From assembly GCA_036172245.1 (NCBI GenBank), contig JAYWIR010000045.1, positions 310,001 through 374,000 on the forward strand: 64,000 nt of DNA. The letters are read 5' to 3'. Position 1 is the first letter of the stretch. Each line of letters begins with the position of its first letter. This DNA comes from Raillietiella orientalis (taxonomy: Eukaryota). Shown here one piece after another: positions 10,600 through 23,420 of the stretch. The notes below the pieces were generated by a model that did not search any database, was not told the DNA's origin, and saw nothing but the letters and a program-made list of their open reading frames with translations. Both the position numbers and the translations under genes were made by a program.

Positions 10600-12250
10600 G
10601 TCGCTGTCCAGAGTGCTTCACTGAAGAAAGTACGCTTCAAATTCAGTCCCTCTGCAAGTGGGACGGTGGGGATCTGCTTTGGTTTGAGACCAGTGCTCGC
10701 GTCCCTGCCCTTATAAGCCCGAATATCGGAAGAGAAATGAATCCTCAGGGATTGCAACTGAGATAATCTCTCATATTCTTTCGGCTTGGTTTTTTTCATC
10801 AGTTTGCTTTCTCTTTCCATGGTTCTCTTTTCCTGTCGATGAATAGATTTCGTATTTTGATAATGATTCCGCACAGGGTTATCTGATGGGTTGATCCTGC
10901 TATCGCCATCTGCTCAACGTCTTCATGGACCTCCCCGTTATCATGCTTTCCGCTGTTGTCCTTACAACAATTCCCTACTGCCATGTTACCGTTGTGAGTT
11001 CTTCCTTCCATAGTCTCTTGCTTCCAGGGATTCTTTTTAGATGGTATGTCCTCAGGATTTTTTTCCTTATTGTTCGTATTCCAGCTCGATCTCATGTGCA
11101 GCCCTCTTCGTTTTTTAGAGTCTGCCTATGCCCGATCTTTTTTTGATTTTGGATTCTCTCCCTCACTAAATTCGTTACGTTCGCAATTGGGTGCAGCTCA
11201 TTGTACTGAAAGACTTGAAAAGTTCTCCACATACGGAATTGTGGGTAAGAATACTTCACTCCATAGCCTTGCTCTTCAACGAGAGGGAGAGACCTGATAA
11301 GGAGGATTTCCTGATTTCCATCATAAGAGTTTTTACGTGGTTCGTACCATCGTTCAGGGAGGCATTCGCCACTGGGAAGATGCATACCTGAATGTTTAAC
11401 TGACCCCTCCATCGGGAAGCCTTATCCTTTCGTTCGTGTGGTCAAAATTCCTCAGATTTTCGCAGCCTTTGATTTCTGCTCATTTATTTCTTAATATTAG
11501 CGCTGCTCGCATTGCCTCCATGGTTTGCAGTCATGCAAGTTGATTTTGTTTGCCTCCACGAGAAATTGGAAGGCCTCACCATACCCCTGGAATCTGAACT
11601 GCTGTCCATTTACCGGTGCGCCTCTTGCTTTTGAATTTTGATCCACAAGAGTGATCACAGTTTCCAGGCAAATCACGAGCACTGGACTCTGGACATCATC
11701 TTGTCGAGTAACTAGTCTCATGCAATGCTCTCAAATTTCATTCTCTTCACCTGACTTTTAAAAACCCGCTTTTCCTATTGACGTGTTTACAAGCAGTAGG
11801 AGTTCTTGTGCCATCCCCATTTTCTGCAGGATCTTCAGTATCATTTCATGGTCGGCACAGTCGTATGCCTTTTTCATGCCCTTAAAAGCCAACTCAAGCT
11901 GTTCCTTTTGTATTTTTGATATTTCCGGTGATGAACTGTGGGGTTCCAACGTTATCACCCACGTGCCTTTTTGGAACCGTGCGCATTTGCAGTACTGGCA
12001 TCATCCGGACTTTTATTTTCCGTCCACTTCATGTCTCTGTTCAGAACAGACTGGTATACATTCGGTGACCTTAGCTAGGTCACCTTCTTTGGGTAACACC
12101 TCCTTTGGGTCTTGTCTATTTTATTCTGAAAACAGTCTTAAGAATGTCTTGACAGCATCGGAATCTTTGTCGAATGCATAATGAAGGATTGGATTCAAAC
12201 AAACGATCTACACATCAAAACTTTCAGTTGGTTATCGCAAAAAACAACAA
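10600..12250 (-). mobile_element. Degenerate RLE-type LINE, R4/Dong-like
   Basis: LPKEGDL (RT1-2 region), LELAFKGMKKAYDCADHEMILKIL (RT3), LHP..V, W....MEGR and K.KEY remnants occur in order; clade assignment is tentative. Confidence 0.5.
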
Positions 12251-14164
12251 AAAAAAAAAAACCAAAAGAACTCATTTTCTGTACGACTCGAGACTCTTGT
12301 TTTGCCTCCATGCAATCTGGTGGAGAGGGGAAATTGTAGTTGAAGCTGTGAGCACAGCAACGCAGTGAAGTACTTTGTATTTCATTGCGTTGCTGTTCAC
12401 GGAGCTTATCTTTCATTATCAAAAATCTCCCTTTACCTAACGCATCTGTGGGCTGTTGGATGAGTTCTATCTCCGTGTTTAAACACTGGTAAGATAGCCT
12501 TTGCACGCAGACAAATCGACTTGCACTTTGGTTCCAACTCTTTGCGCAGGTTGTTCTCTTTTTGTGTGTGCATGCGTGCGTAAATATAAGCTGAGCCTCA
12601 CTTTGCACGCATACCGTTTCGTGGGAGGACATTCAAAAAGCAGATTTCTCGAGTTTTGGTGCACTCTGGGCTCTACTTCACTTCCTAATCCTCATGCAAT
12701 TTAGTGGAAGCTGCCAAAAGGTCATGACCTGCAAGCCTCCACGAAGCATTTAGAATGGTGTAAGGAAGATGCAACATAAGCTGATGCTGAAACATTCGCA
12801 CATGAGACAGTTGATGCCTTGGTTATCAGCATCATTGGTGACCTTCGTGGTTCAGTAGGTATTGCAGAGGATTGTAGTAATGGCTACCTACCTACACCGA
12901 CTAGGAGGGGTACCAGATTCAGGATCCACACCTCCAGTGGTGTACAAAAGCTTTTCCCATGAAGAAGTCGGCCAAAAATTTTTTTTAGCCAATATTTAAG
13001 CGAAAACATGCATGCCCGGATCTGTGACCCCACGATGCAACCATCAGCTTATGCAGTTTAAAGAATCGTAGAGGGAGAAAATTCTGATGAAACCCAGCAC
13101 TTTCCTATTTTTTTTCTTAGAAAAAAACAAACATTCATAATAGAGAAAGCTTCATTTTCCGATTGCCGAATGAATGACAAACATATCATAAGAATTCGGT
13201 AAGATGTCATTCCCGATGCATCCTTTAAATCATTAGATGTTTTTTTATGCTGTTTCCAAGCAGCTGTTGACCATTTTCCTAGTTCAATGAAGCAGTGTTA
13301 ATGATTGAGCTTTAGTGATTTCCATGTAATTTTAGTTCGCAATTGTAATTTAATTTTGAATATGTATAATTTTAAAATTTTTCAGGCAGACAGCGATGCA
13401 AAAAAAAAAAGTATACTTTTCAAGCGTTCATGGTAGTAACCGGAATTCAAATGATCTCTTTAATCTCATCAACTCATCATTGCGACTGATTACATCTGAA
13501 TTACAAACCTCCAGTTCCCATAGAGATCGATAGCTTTCCATGCTGCAAGGGACTGAATATTCGATTCCTTAATGACTTGTATCAAGGATCAGATGCATTA
13601 TCTTCCATAGTTTCGAGGAATTATTTGACTCGTATAACGATTTTAAAAAGTCATTTGAAAATGGGACACATATACATCTGCATAAAATCTTTCATTTACC
13701 GATATGCGATTCTTATGCAAGATTGAATCACTGAACTGCTTAGATCCAATATTTTCACACTGATTTAAAGCTTTTCAGAATCTAATAATACACAGCCTAG
13801 CGATCCCTTTTATCTTTTTTCAAATGATCAGTTCATTCCTACCACTCGTGCTTTTGATGGATGGATGCCGACGGGTTCGGTGAATGCAGTGTCCATTGGA
13901 GAACTAACCTATTTAATTAGTGATCTGACCGAGGGAAGTCTTCTGCATGCGTTGCATCCAAGAACAGGAAGCTTTCCCTGAGGTTGAAGTTTTTCCTCAG
14001 TTTGGGTCCGGATGTGAGAGACGCATGACTTCGATGGTGAAGTTTCCTAACTCGTCAAAAAATTTGCGACCAGTTTTAAAGGATTCTCCGGCTTTCAGCT
14101 GACGCTTCTTCGTGGTTTTCAACGTCCTGCAGAAAAGCTTCGATTTCGCGGTTTTTTTCCAGCT

Positions 14165-16039
14165 GTCTCGAGTTGGTGCTGAGAGCGTATAGGGATACTC
14201 TGGCTACCCTGCCGAGCTCGTGCCCCGATTCGCTTGCCGTGTCGGCCTATGCAGATGACCTCATGCTGCTGCTCCTCAGGTCTACCCCTGAGAAATTCGA
14301 GAAATTCTTCGAGCTACTAAGCAGGGGAGCGGACATGGAGGTGAACAGAGCCAAGTCAAGCGTGTGACTCGTCCGCGCGACGTGGGCTTGTCAGTCGAAC
14401 TGGGTCCGTTTGAGGATCCCCACGGTTCGGTACTTCAAGTACTTGCGTGCTATTAGGAGACGTTTCCCTCACGGAAGCGTGATCCGGCTGCCTCCAGAAG
14501 GCAGAGTCAGTTCGAAGAAGGCAACTTCTGGAACGGGTCATCATTTGGAACACTTTTGTGATCCCTGTCCTCCGATCCCTGCTTTTCGTTTGCTCCCCTC
14601 CCCGCCTAAGTGTGGTGAAAAGGACGAAGGCCCCGTTCGAAAAGCCCTCTGGGACAGTGGGAGGTTCCGAGTCCGAGAAAAAGACATGTGCGTTCCTCGT
14701 CGCGATGGAAGACTTGGAGCGAATGGAAGTTCAGCTGAACTTCAGAAGGCTGACCTTCGTGGCAGAGAACTAGGCTACCCATTGGTGTGCTCCTGCACGT
14801 TTGCTCTCCCGGTTGGCGGTCGGTGGAGAAGAACTCGAAACCCTGTTTGCGTGCCACCACCGCCACCTCCCATCTGGCGGCTTCCCCCTCCAGTGCGTAG
14901 CTGCTCTGGCGAGAGCGAACACGTGAATTTCCCGCCGCCCTGCGAACATTCTGGCCTAACAGCAGGAGAAAGTGAGGAAGTGGACCCATCTCACCCGTGC
15001 CCCATCGGAAGTTACCGAGAGTTTCAGAAGAACAGCGGAAAAACATTGGAGGCACTGGGTAGTGAGCTGGCTATGATGGCCTACCCACGAGCCAACCCCT
15101 TCGTTGCAGCGGTGTCCTCTGCTATCGAGGTACATGAAACCTGCCTACCAGCAAAGTAAGAGGTTTACTGCGAGATCTCGGCCTCCAGAAAGCCTATCAG
15201 TGGGTGGAGTACGTGTCAGCTGGCTGACGTTGCAGCAACAGCAAGAACCGTCTACAAAGAACTGGAACGTTAGGGCGAACTCTTCTCCATTCGACCCGAA
15301 GAGTTGAGAGTTCCTCGCCACTCCACCTCCCCTGTTTATGGATGGAAGGGCTTTTCCCCTCCAGTGGCAGCGATCGGAGCTACTGGTACAGCACTGGGGT
15401 CTTCCGTGCAATGCGCGCCAGCACCACTGGACGAGGGAAAGCGCATCGCCGAACTGTGCCAGGTGTGGAGAGAAGGACACATTCCCCCACCTCGTAGTGC
15501 GGTGTGTCGCCCTCCAGGAAGTGTGGGCACGTTTCTGCGCGCCCCTTCTGCACCCCGAGGACGATTCCAGAGACTCTTTGAGGCCCCTCTTCGTGCGATA
15601 CGCCGTGACGCCCGCAATCGCGGCGCTGTGCCGCGAGCGCAGTGTCGCTTAGGCAAAGTGCGACACCAGGAGAGGCCGTAGCGATTGGGGGGCTGCCTTG
15701 CACGACACGCCAGCAGCTTCCTGCAGATAGCTTCGAGGTGGCCCCACCTGGAAAGGGAAAAGGAGGAGCTCCCCGGCAACCTTCTACGGATGCACAGGCC
15801 TCACCCACCACGAAATGTGATCCCTTCCCTTCTCCCCAAATAATTTTCCTTGTTAGTTTTTATTGTTTGTTATAGTTTGTTTCCTCTTTTTTTCTAGTTT
15901 CGTTTCGTCCCCCTACCCCTTCGTAAACGTGATGGACCTCGCCGGCCTCTCCCTTTTTTTAGTGTAATAATTGGAATCGGTGGGGCTTTTGGCTCCATCG
16001 ATCCCTGTAAGAGAAATAAACTCCCAGAGCACCCGGTTC
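14165..16039 (+). mobile_element. Degenerate L1/Tx1-clade LINE (RT to 3' end)
   Basis: SAYADDL, RYFKYL, HWGLPCNARQHHW..CARCGEKDTFPHLVVRC; hairpin, aataaac (16015) and terminal motif. Confidence 0.85.
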
Positions 16040-16690
16040 TGAAATCACCGCTCCCGTCGAAAGTTTCTGGCTCGAAGAACCGCCGCAGTAGGTCGCGGGC
16101 TGTGCCTCCTGGAGCAGGAGCACTGATGTCAGCCTCTGCCACGATTCCTGGAGGACAGAGCAGTCCAAAAGCAGGCGCCAGCTGCGAGTCGACTCCGACT
16201 CGCAGCTGGCGCAGTTGGGAGGTGCAACACTTGCAAAAACTCAGTGCCGCTGCCCATTGCACTGGAATCCCCCAGTGGAGAAGGAGCAGCACAGCCTGTT
16301 TCCGGGAGAGAGGGAACGCAGAAGCGTCCAGACATCGGGGAGGCCCACAAGTTCCTCGGCAGAACACTCAGAAGTTGATTCCACTGAAGCCCCATCGCCG
16401 ATAGGGTACGCGGAGTGGCAACATCCACCAACTCACTTGGCTTACAGCTGACAGGGAGTTTCGTGTTTCCCTGAGATGATGCAGGAAAACTCCCACCTCA
16501 CCGGTTGGCAGCTGTCGTTGCTTGCCCTCAGGGCAGGCAAAGCTGCAGCAAGGGCTGTGGCGACTAGGGTCGACCACTTTTCCGTGTCCTGCATAACCAC
16601 TTCTAAAGGTCGTGGCAGGAAGTGTCGCAAAGGGCAAAGATTCTCCGTACGCATTTCCTGGAATGCAACCCAGGGAGATTTATTGAAGTC
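16040..16690 (-). mobile_element. L1/Tx1-clade fragment (post-RT/C-terminal region)
   Basis: FPLSRKQAVLLLLHWGIP; 16480-16650 is similar to 54885-55050. Confidence 0.65.
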
Positions 16691-17905
16691 GTTTAAGGCA
16701 TTGTACGTATCACACATATTATACTTCCTGGTTACCTCTGAAGAATCATGCAAATTGCCTTTGCTTCCGTCACCGTTTTCTTCGGCGATATTCGTTTCTC
16801 TGTTGCAGACTGTTCTTCACGTCATCATCATTTGAAACCATGATATGCCCCATTGGTTTCAAGAAACCCAAAGTTTGCTTCACAGCCCAGTGGCAGTGCC
16901 AGTTTGGATCTGTTTCTAATAAAAGTCAGTCCTTTGACGAATTCTTCTTTGCATCCCGCGTCTTGTAATCAAAGGCACTGGATGCATCGCTCCACTACCA
17001 AGCTGATTAGGATTGCAAGAAAGCTTCAACTTCACTCCTGGTTGGTTTTAAATTTCGATCACAGGATTCATTACGATGATGTAGTGAAACTGGACCAGTT
17101 TAAGCCAAGGCTATTCGACAGCAAACTCCATTCTTTCTGGGAAGACGGATCGATGCAACTGAATTTTCAACTGGGGCTTTCTCGTATCTGTAGTCTTACT
17201 ATGGTTTGAATGACGGTTGGAGCATACTTTGCATCAAATAGATCTGCATCCGTGTGTATTTCCGGAACTAATATGCATCTTCGCACTCTTGGCTGTCCTC
17301 CCAGTTCTTCGGCACTTAGTTTCAATTTTCTCGATCACCTTCATTCTTCTCTGATTTCTATAACATCGTAATGACCTCACAATAGCAATTTTAACATATT
17401 TATGCGATCTCACGATATTTTCTCGAGAAATTTCATTGCAGAATTTCCATCAATGGAAACGTTTTCCATTTCGCTTCAAATTCCATTGGTTTCTCATCAA
17501 TTGAGCTTAACCCTCAAATCACCTAATCTTACATAAATGGGCCCTAAGTCTCACATTCTAATGTGAAACTAAGAAAACATTGTGAGCTAATGTTTGTTCA
17601 TCTTTTCAATGTTGATCCGACTCTTCCTGAACGGACTTATCCTTATATACGCAAATGAATTCATCATCCTTCATTTCATTATAGTAATTATGAATTTTTA
17701 GCATGATATCGTCTGCAGGTTCTGTCTGGCAGCACCTTTAGGGGCTTTAGGGGCTGATAAATGTATTGTGCATCATTGGAAGGGTTAAAGTCCCATCTGA
17801 CAGGCAGCAGCTTTCTCAACACTCTCTTCTAATCACAATCTTTTGAATCTTTATTTTTTTTAAAGATTTTTGCCATATCATTATTTCTGTCCTAATTGTC
17901 TATAG

Positions 17906-18400
17906 TTGGAAATTACGAGGCCAAATTTCTGTAATTGAGAACACCACTTGTGATAGAGTTTCCGTTCTACTGGAGGCGAGAACTGCTGATTCCAAAACTC
18001 TCACGGTTACCTCTTTGCCTTCAGCATCTGAAGACAATAGAATCAAGTATTTTAATGGAATTATAAAAATCAGAGTTGAGCAACATCCAAACTATGAAGC
18101 AGAAATCATTTCGCTACCAAAAATGAGATGCTCGATGCTCAGGAAGCATTTTTGGGGATGCCTGAAATATTACAGGTACGTAAGCAGATTTCTCCCGATG
18201 TAGAGGCAATCAGTTTCTTTGCTGCACTGACAATTCCAGAACAAAGATGCTGGGGTAAGCATAAGACTGAAAACATTAGCGAAGACAGGATTAGGAAACT
18301 GATCAATGGAAAGCTGCCATAGTTAAACGCAATGAAGATTGCTGCAGATGAACAATGGAACAATCTATTCTCAGCCTCTCACAAAATTACTAAAGAAACG
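17906..18400 (+). pseudogene. Possible decayed exon of a death-domain-containing protein
   Basis: ~99-codon open frame after a ctatag acceptor, then frameshifted FAALTIPE...KLI.WK...WNNLFSA; judged only on hydrophobic pattern. Confidence 0.25.
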
Positions 18401-21299
18401 AAAGTCCTCTCTCTTCGTGGATGCATGCAGAAATCGAAATCTTAACTTCAGCATTTCGCTGAGATAAATCGAACGGCATTCAAGTCTTGGGAGAAGCACT
18501 CAGCCCGCTGCAGCCGTGAATGCTTGAATAGGAGTGAAATGGTTTCTTGAAAAATGCGTGGACAGAGGAGCGCTGCAATGAAATGAGGAAGCTGAATTGA
18601 TAGCAGAGACTGCTTTCTTCCGTGCTTTGTTCGTTCAAAAGGTGTTGAGTAACTTGAAAATAGTAAGCAACATTCATAGCAGGAATCCAAATCACATGAT
18701 AACTTATAATTGCGAATAATTACGGTCTGTGAAGTTCAAAAACAAATTATTTATATACTTGTAATAGCTATTACTGCAAACATGGACCAGCGTGTCTGCG
18801 AAAAGATATTGAAAAATCGAAGTTCTTCATCAGAGATCGGAAAAAGCAAACACTTCTGGTTGAGAGTTTGGACATTTTTTAATGTTTTCTTCAGCGTATT
18901 GTTCACTGCAGGGAACAGTTCCTGGAATCAGGTGATGCAGAGAAAGGCAGGGACATTGATAGCAGAATTAATAGTCAGAATACTGATGTGTCTGTGGACC
19001 TTTTATGAGCGGACCAGGAAAATTTAGAAGCATTCAAATCAGACAATGCAGCAGGCGCCGTATCACTGCCTCTGTCTGATTCGAATGGCTCGAAGAATTC
19101 AATGGAGTAAGAAAAATCGGCAAAACTCAATCTGTTGGCGTATTCCATTTATGGGATAACAATTCTCCATCTCCGAACGAGCGTGCATCGCTAATGAAAA
19201 GGCTTCGCATTCATCCGGAGCTTCACTAGAAATTTCTGAAATTTTCTGCATGCTACAAGAAAATTTATCAAAACTGAATGTGATCTCTGCCAAAAGCCCT
19301 GCTGATCCCGTTTCTTTGAGCAGACAGCAATGTGCACACAGAGTTTCTCGAACAGCTTTTGGATCCATGACACCGAGACTTCGGTGGCTCCAGGAAGGCG
19401 GATGTTACTGCTCCGCATTCTTCTCTTCCACAGTTTTCTTGCTCGTTCAAGCACCAGAAAGGTGGACTGGTGCAGGATGCTCATGTGCTTGGCATCTCCG
19501 TTGTCAGGAAGTGCCGATTTCTTCTTCTGAGCCGATGTAAAAGCAAACTCTGTTGACGAAGCCTACAACCTCAAAGAATCAGCAAACCCGGTAACCACTG
19601 AGGGTTCAAGAGTTCGCCTTCATATGTGCGAAAGAATGAACGAAAGTGAAAACGGAATACCGAACTGATGTTCTACGAACTACAAAGAGCGATCACATTG
19701 AAGTCTACTGCTAACATATCTCTTAGATGTCTTTTAGAGAAGCATTCGGTTGTGATGTGTTTGTAGAGTGTGATACCTTTTTTCGAGCCCCAGTATCCTG
19801 ATGCAAAAATAAAAACTTGCAAAAGAACGGTGGACTTGTTGACGCCCTCCACATGTGGCTCTTGAGAAGCATCACTTCCTTGGAGAATTGAGGCTTGCGA
19901 AATGCACAACAAACATGGACCATGTCATTGAAGAAAGATAAAACGCGATTCCTGTTCAAACCTTCGCCCTTTGATTCATCTTTTGCTCCCGGGATCATGT
20001 CGTCTTCACCCTCTGGGTTCCTTTAGAACTCTGACTGCAAGAACTTCGGAATCCCCAACTCACTAAGCAAAAAATGACCAGTGGTATCCGGTGACCGAGC
20101 ATTATGTCATTTGAGTTTGTGGTTTGATTTTCCGAAAGATAATGCGGAATTTTCAAGAGAAAACAAATTATTGACGTCACCATAGGAAAGGCCAGGGTGA
20201 GAATGGGTCACGTGCGCATCTTTACGTTCGTATTCAGATGCACGCAAGATTTGCCATAGGGACCCTTTCTCCCTGAAGTGTTTCTCTCATTAAATATTCC
20301 TCGAGCCTACCTAAAACGAGAAACGTGCTCTCGGGTGTTTTTCTCGTTCCGTTGAATTGGTGTTCTAATGCACTTTCCACGGTGGTCGAATTCATGTTTC
20401 TTGGAGTGAGCCTTTGAAATTTCACACATTCGAATTATTTTTCCTTTTATCTTCAAGATGCCCAAGAGAACAAGAGGGGTGCATCCTTCCAATTACGATT
20501 TCCGTTCTCGCTTTCCTAGTGCGAGGAAAAATTTGAACCGGCAGGCTCACGGGTCCACATAGATCATCGATACTTAGCTATGTGTGTCAGGTGCAGCGAG
20601 AGAAATTCTCACTGCTCTCTCGTCTGAGTTCGAAAGGAGATTTCCTTTCAGCTGCAGCTTCAGGAACACGTGTCGTCTCAGATTTATTCAGCTCACGCGT
20701 CGGAAGCAAGGAGTCGCCATGAAGAAGAGTTCCCAGAAAAGAACTCCTCCCAGAAAGGAAGAAGCAAGAGAAAAAATCGCAATTTCAGCTGCAAAGAATG
20801 CTCTTGGCATTCATTCTTCTTCATTTGCTAAATTATTCTCCCCGGGTTCCAGTGCTATGCAGCAGACAGAGGTGTGTTTACGGAGTGCACATGGCCACCG
20901 GCCAAGATGAACAATGATGCTCACGGTGACGGCAGCGTGGAAGCAGCTCTATTATTCCATTCTACGCTAGGTAAGTGAATGAGGTGGATATTAGAGAGGG
21001 TAATCCACAGAAACCACTATCTTGTCATCCTGCCAAAGGCACCCAAACAGACGTTCATCCTTCGCGCTAACACAAAGTGTACCCTTTTGCCCATCCTATC
21101 CAGTAGAGTTCTCTTTCGCCACGCTGTACATTGGCACCGATGAAGGGGAGAAGATTTCCCTTATTCTTCATGCTTTTCCCACATCCTCTCATGGTCTTTC
21201 CTTTTATTTTCTCATAGATGGAGAGTGGAAGAGAATGGTGGAAAACCTTTTGGGGTCTTTTTTGTCTTCGCTGTTTTCCTTCCAGCTTTTTCTTTCAGC

Positions 21300-22010
21300 T
21301 TTTCATCTCTTTTGGTTCGCCAGGTACCTCAAGAACCGCAGCGCCCCTGGCGGTGGCTCACGCAGCTCTTTCACGTTGTTCCACGCCACCCGAGGGAGCG
21401 TGCAATTCTTCAAGGTGGGGGGTGCCCCGGAAGGAAGGGTTCCGGAGAAGGGAGTCCCGTTCCTCTCACGCCCGAGGAAGCATCCCCGAAGGAAACTCTC
21501 CACCCTGGTTGTTTCCGCAGGGAACCCCAAAGGGAATCTTTCCTTATTCTCTCCAGCGGGACCTCCCAGATGGGGCTGCTCGATTGTTTCTTCTCCGAAA
21601 GGAACCCGAAGGGAACCCTGTTTGCTTTTCTGAAGAGAACCCCGAAGGGATGCTTACGAAATTTCTCAGAAGGCTTCCCCGGAGGGAACGGCACGCTTCT
21701 TTGCACTCTGGAGAGGCATCAACATACCAGCTCCATGGTACGCGACGGAGGGTCCCCACGATGGGATGCGTTTGCTCCATTGCACAACTGGAAGGGAACC
21801 GTGAAAGGAATCGGACTTCTTGATTGAGTTCCTGGAAGAACCCCGGAAGGTCGACTCCCCATCCCGGCTACTCATGAATAGAGGCAAACCAGCGTCATCT
21901 TGCGAGGGAAACTCGAACCCCCCCCTTTCCTCTCAGTGTAGATTCTTTCAGAGTACTCAAACCCGCGATGTCTGGTGCCACGGGCAGAGACCGCAACCAC
22001 TGGCTTCCGC
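21300..22010 (-). mobile_element. Near full-length copy of the tRNA-derived SINE
   Basis: Reverse complement gccagtggttgcggtctctgcccgtggcaccagacatcgcgggtttgag... is colinear with 2990-3720 and ends cctggcgaaccaaaag. Confidence 0.8.
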
Positions 22011-22019
22011 CGCTGGAAA

Positions 22020-23420
22020 GGTCGGTTCACTCTCGGTGGTCTTTCCAGTAAAGCGCCGAAAGTGCTAGATGCTACTGCTCACCATCTCGGATAGCCTTTG
22101 CAGGATTTACAGGACCTTGACGCTTTCCGGGTCCAGCCACGGGGTCTCGGGAGTCTGTTCCCGGAGACCAAACCACGTGGGCACGTACCAAGACGGACAA
22201 CCGAGACAACTTCTCCAGAAGCGAAGCGGAGATCCAGGACTTGCTCCTTCTCTTTTTTCTAGCTTCCAAACGTGTTGTGTTCCTTCGAGCGCGGAGGCGC
22301 TGTCGACTGCAGCTAACTCCTCTCCGTCGTGCGCTCCCAGGTCAGGTCAGAGGCTGGAGTCTGCCTCGGAGGTCAGCTGGTTGGATGGTCGCCACCACCC
22401 GGTGTTCTCTGCAGTTTCCCGAGTTCTTCCAAGAGCTCACTCATCACGCCCTTGGATGAGTGCGCGATCGTAGATCGAGGAGTGGTTGCGCACCCGCTGG
22501 AAAGAGCACTTTCCAGGCTGCCACCTGCGCATGCGAACGGCTTCGAGTGGACATCCGTCGCATCAAGCTGAATCCACAATCATCCTGATCTCCGCTCATC
22601 CAGGAGGGTGCACCACGAGGTGCTTCCGGTTCCATGCGACCTGGCTGGGCTGTGCGTTGGTGCACGCCTCCCCCGCGTCAGGTTTCCTGCTAGAGCCGTC
22701 GGCACGCTCTGTGCACACCTTTCCGTTCATCGGGTCTCAGGCGTGCTGTTGCTGCTCTCGCCGGAGCCGGTGCGCCTCTCTCGACGAAAAACAGCCAGGC
22801 AAAGTTCTTCTCGGCATCTGGACCCGTTTCCTCGTGAACGACGCCGAATCCTAGCAAACGAGAGAAAAAGAAAGCGCGACGAATGGTCCCTCGTTCACCC
22901 GAGTGACCGACACGTGCACCTGTTTTCCTCAAAAGAGAAAAAACCTCATCTCGAGAAGCAGCGACTGTCGAGAGACAACAAGAGTGGCGGTGAAGCACGC
23001 GCAGTTCTGGTCTTTTCCATCGGAAACTTCGAGAGCGCGGCACCTCTCGTGCGCGAGAGATGTAGAAACGGCTACCGTATCGTTCTTCCTGTGTAGAAGG
23101 TGCGCCGAATTCTGGAGCTCGGTGCCGGAATTCCCTCTTCCTGCTCGAAAGGCACGACCGTCTCGTCAACCGAGTGACCAGGTGCTGACAAAGTCCGCAA
23201 GCCACGGTCGTTCCGGTGTGGGCTCGTTGAAGGTCACGAGGCCCTCGTCTTCCTGCATGTCATCTCTGACTTGACTGAGCAGAAGGGTCGTCCTGCTTGG
23301 AGAGAGGAAGGCGTAATCCGTGACGCAGTGACCCAGGATGTGCGACGATGTCCCTTCCCATACCGTGCCTCTTCCACGCGTGCCATTCGAACAGATTCTT
23401 GTCGATGCCTCCGCGACAAG
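22020..23420 (-). mobile_element. L1/Tx1-clade APE endonuclease and linker relic
   Basis: SNGTR, DYAFL, FYTG..SRFYIS, RDH and GPDAEKNFAWL remnants occur in APE order. Confidence 0.55.
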
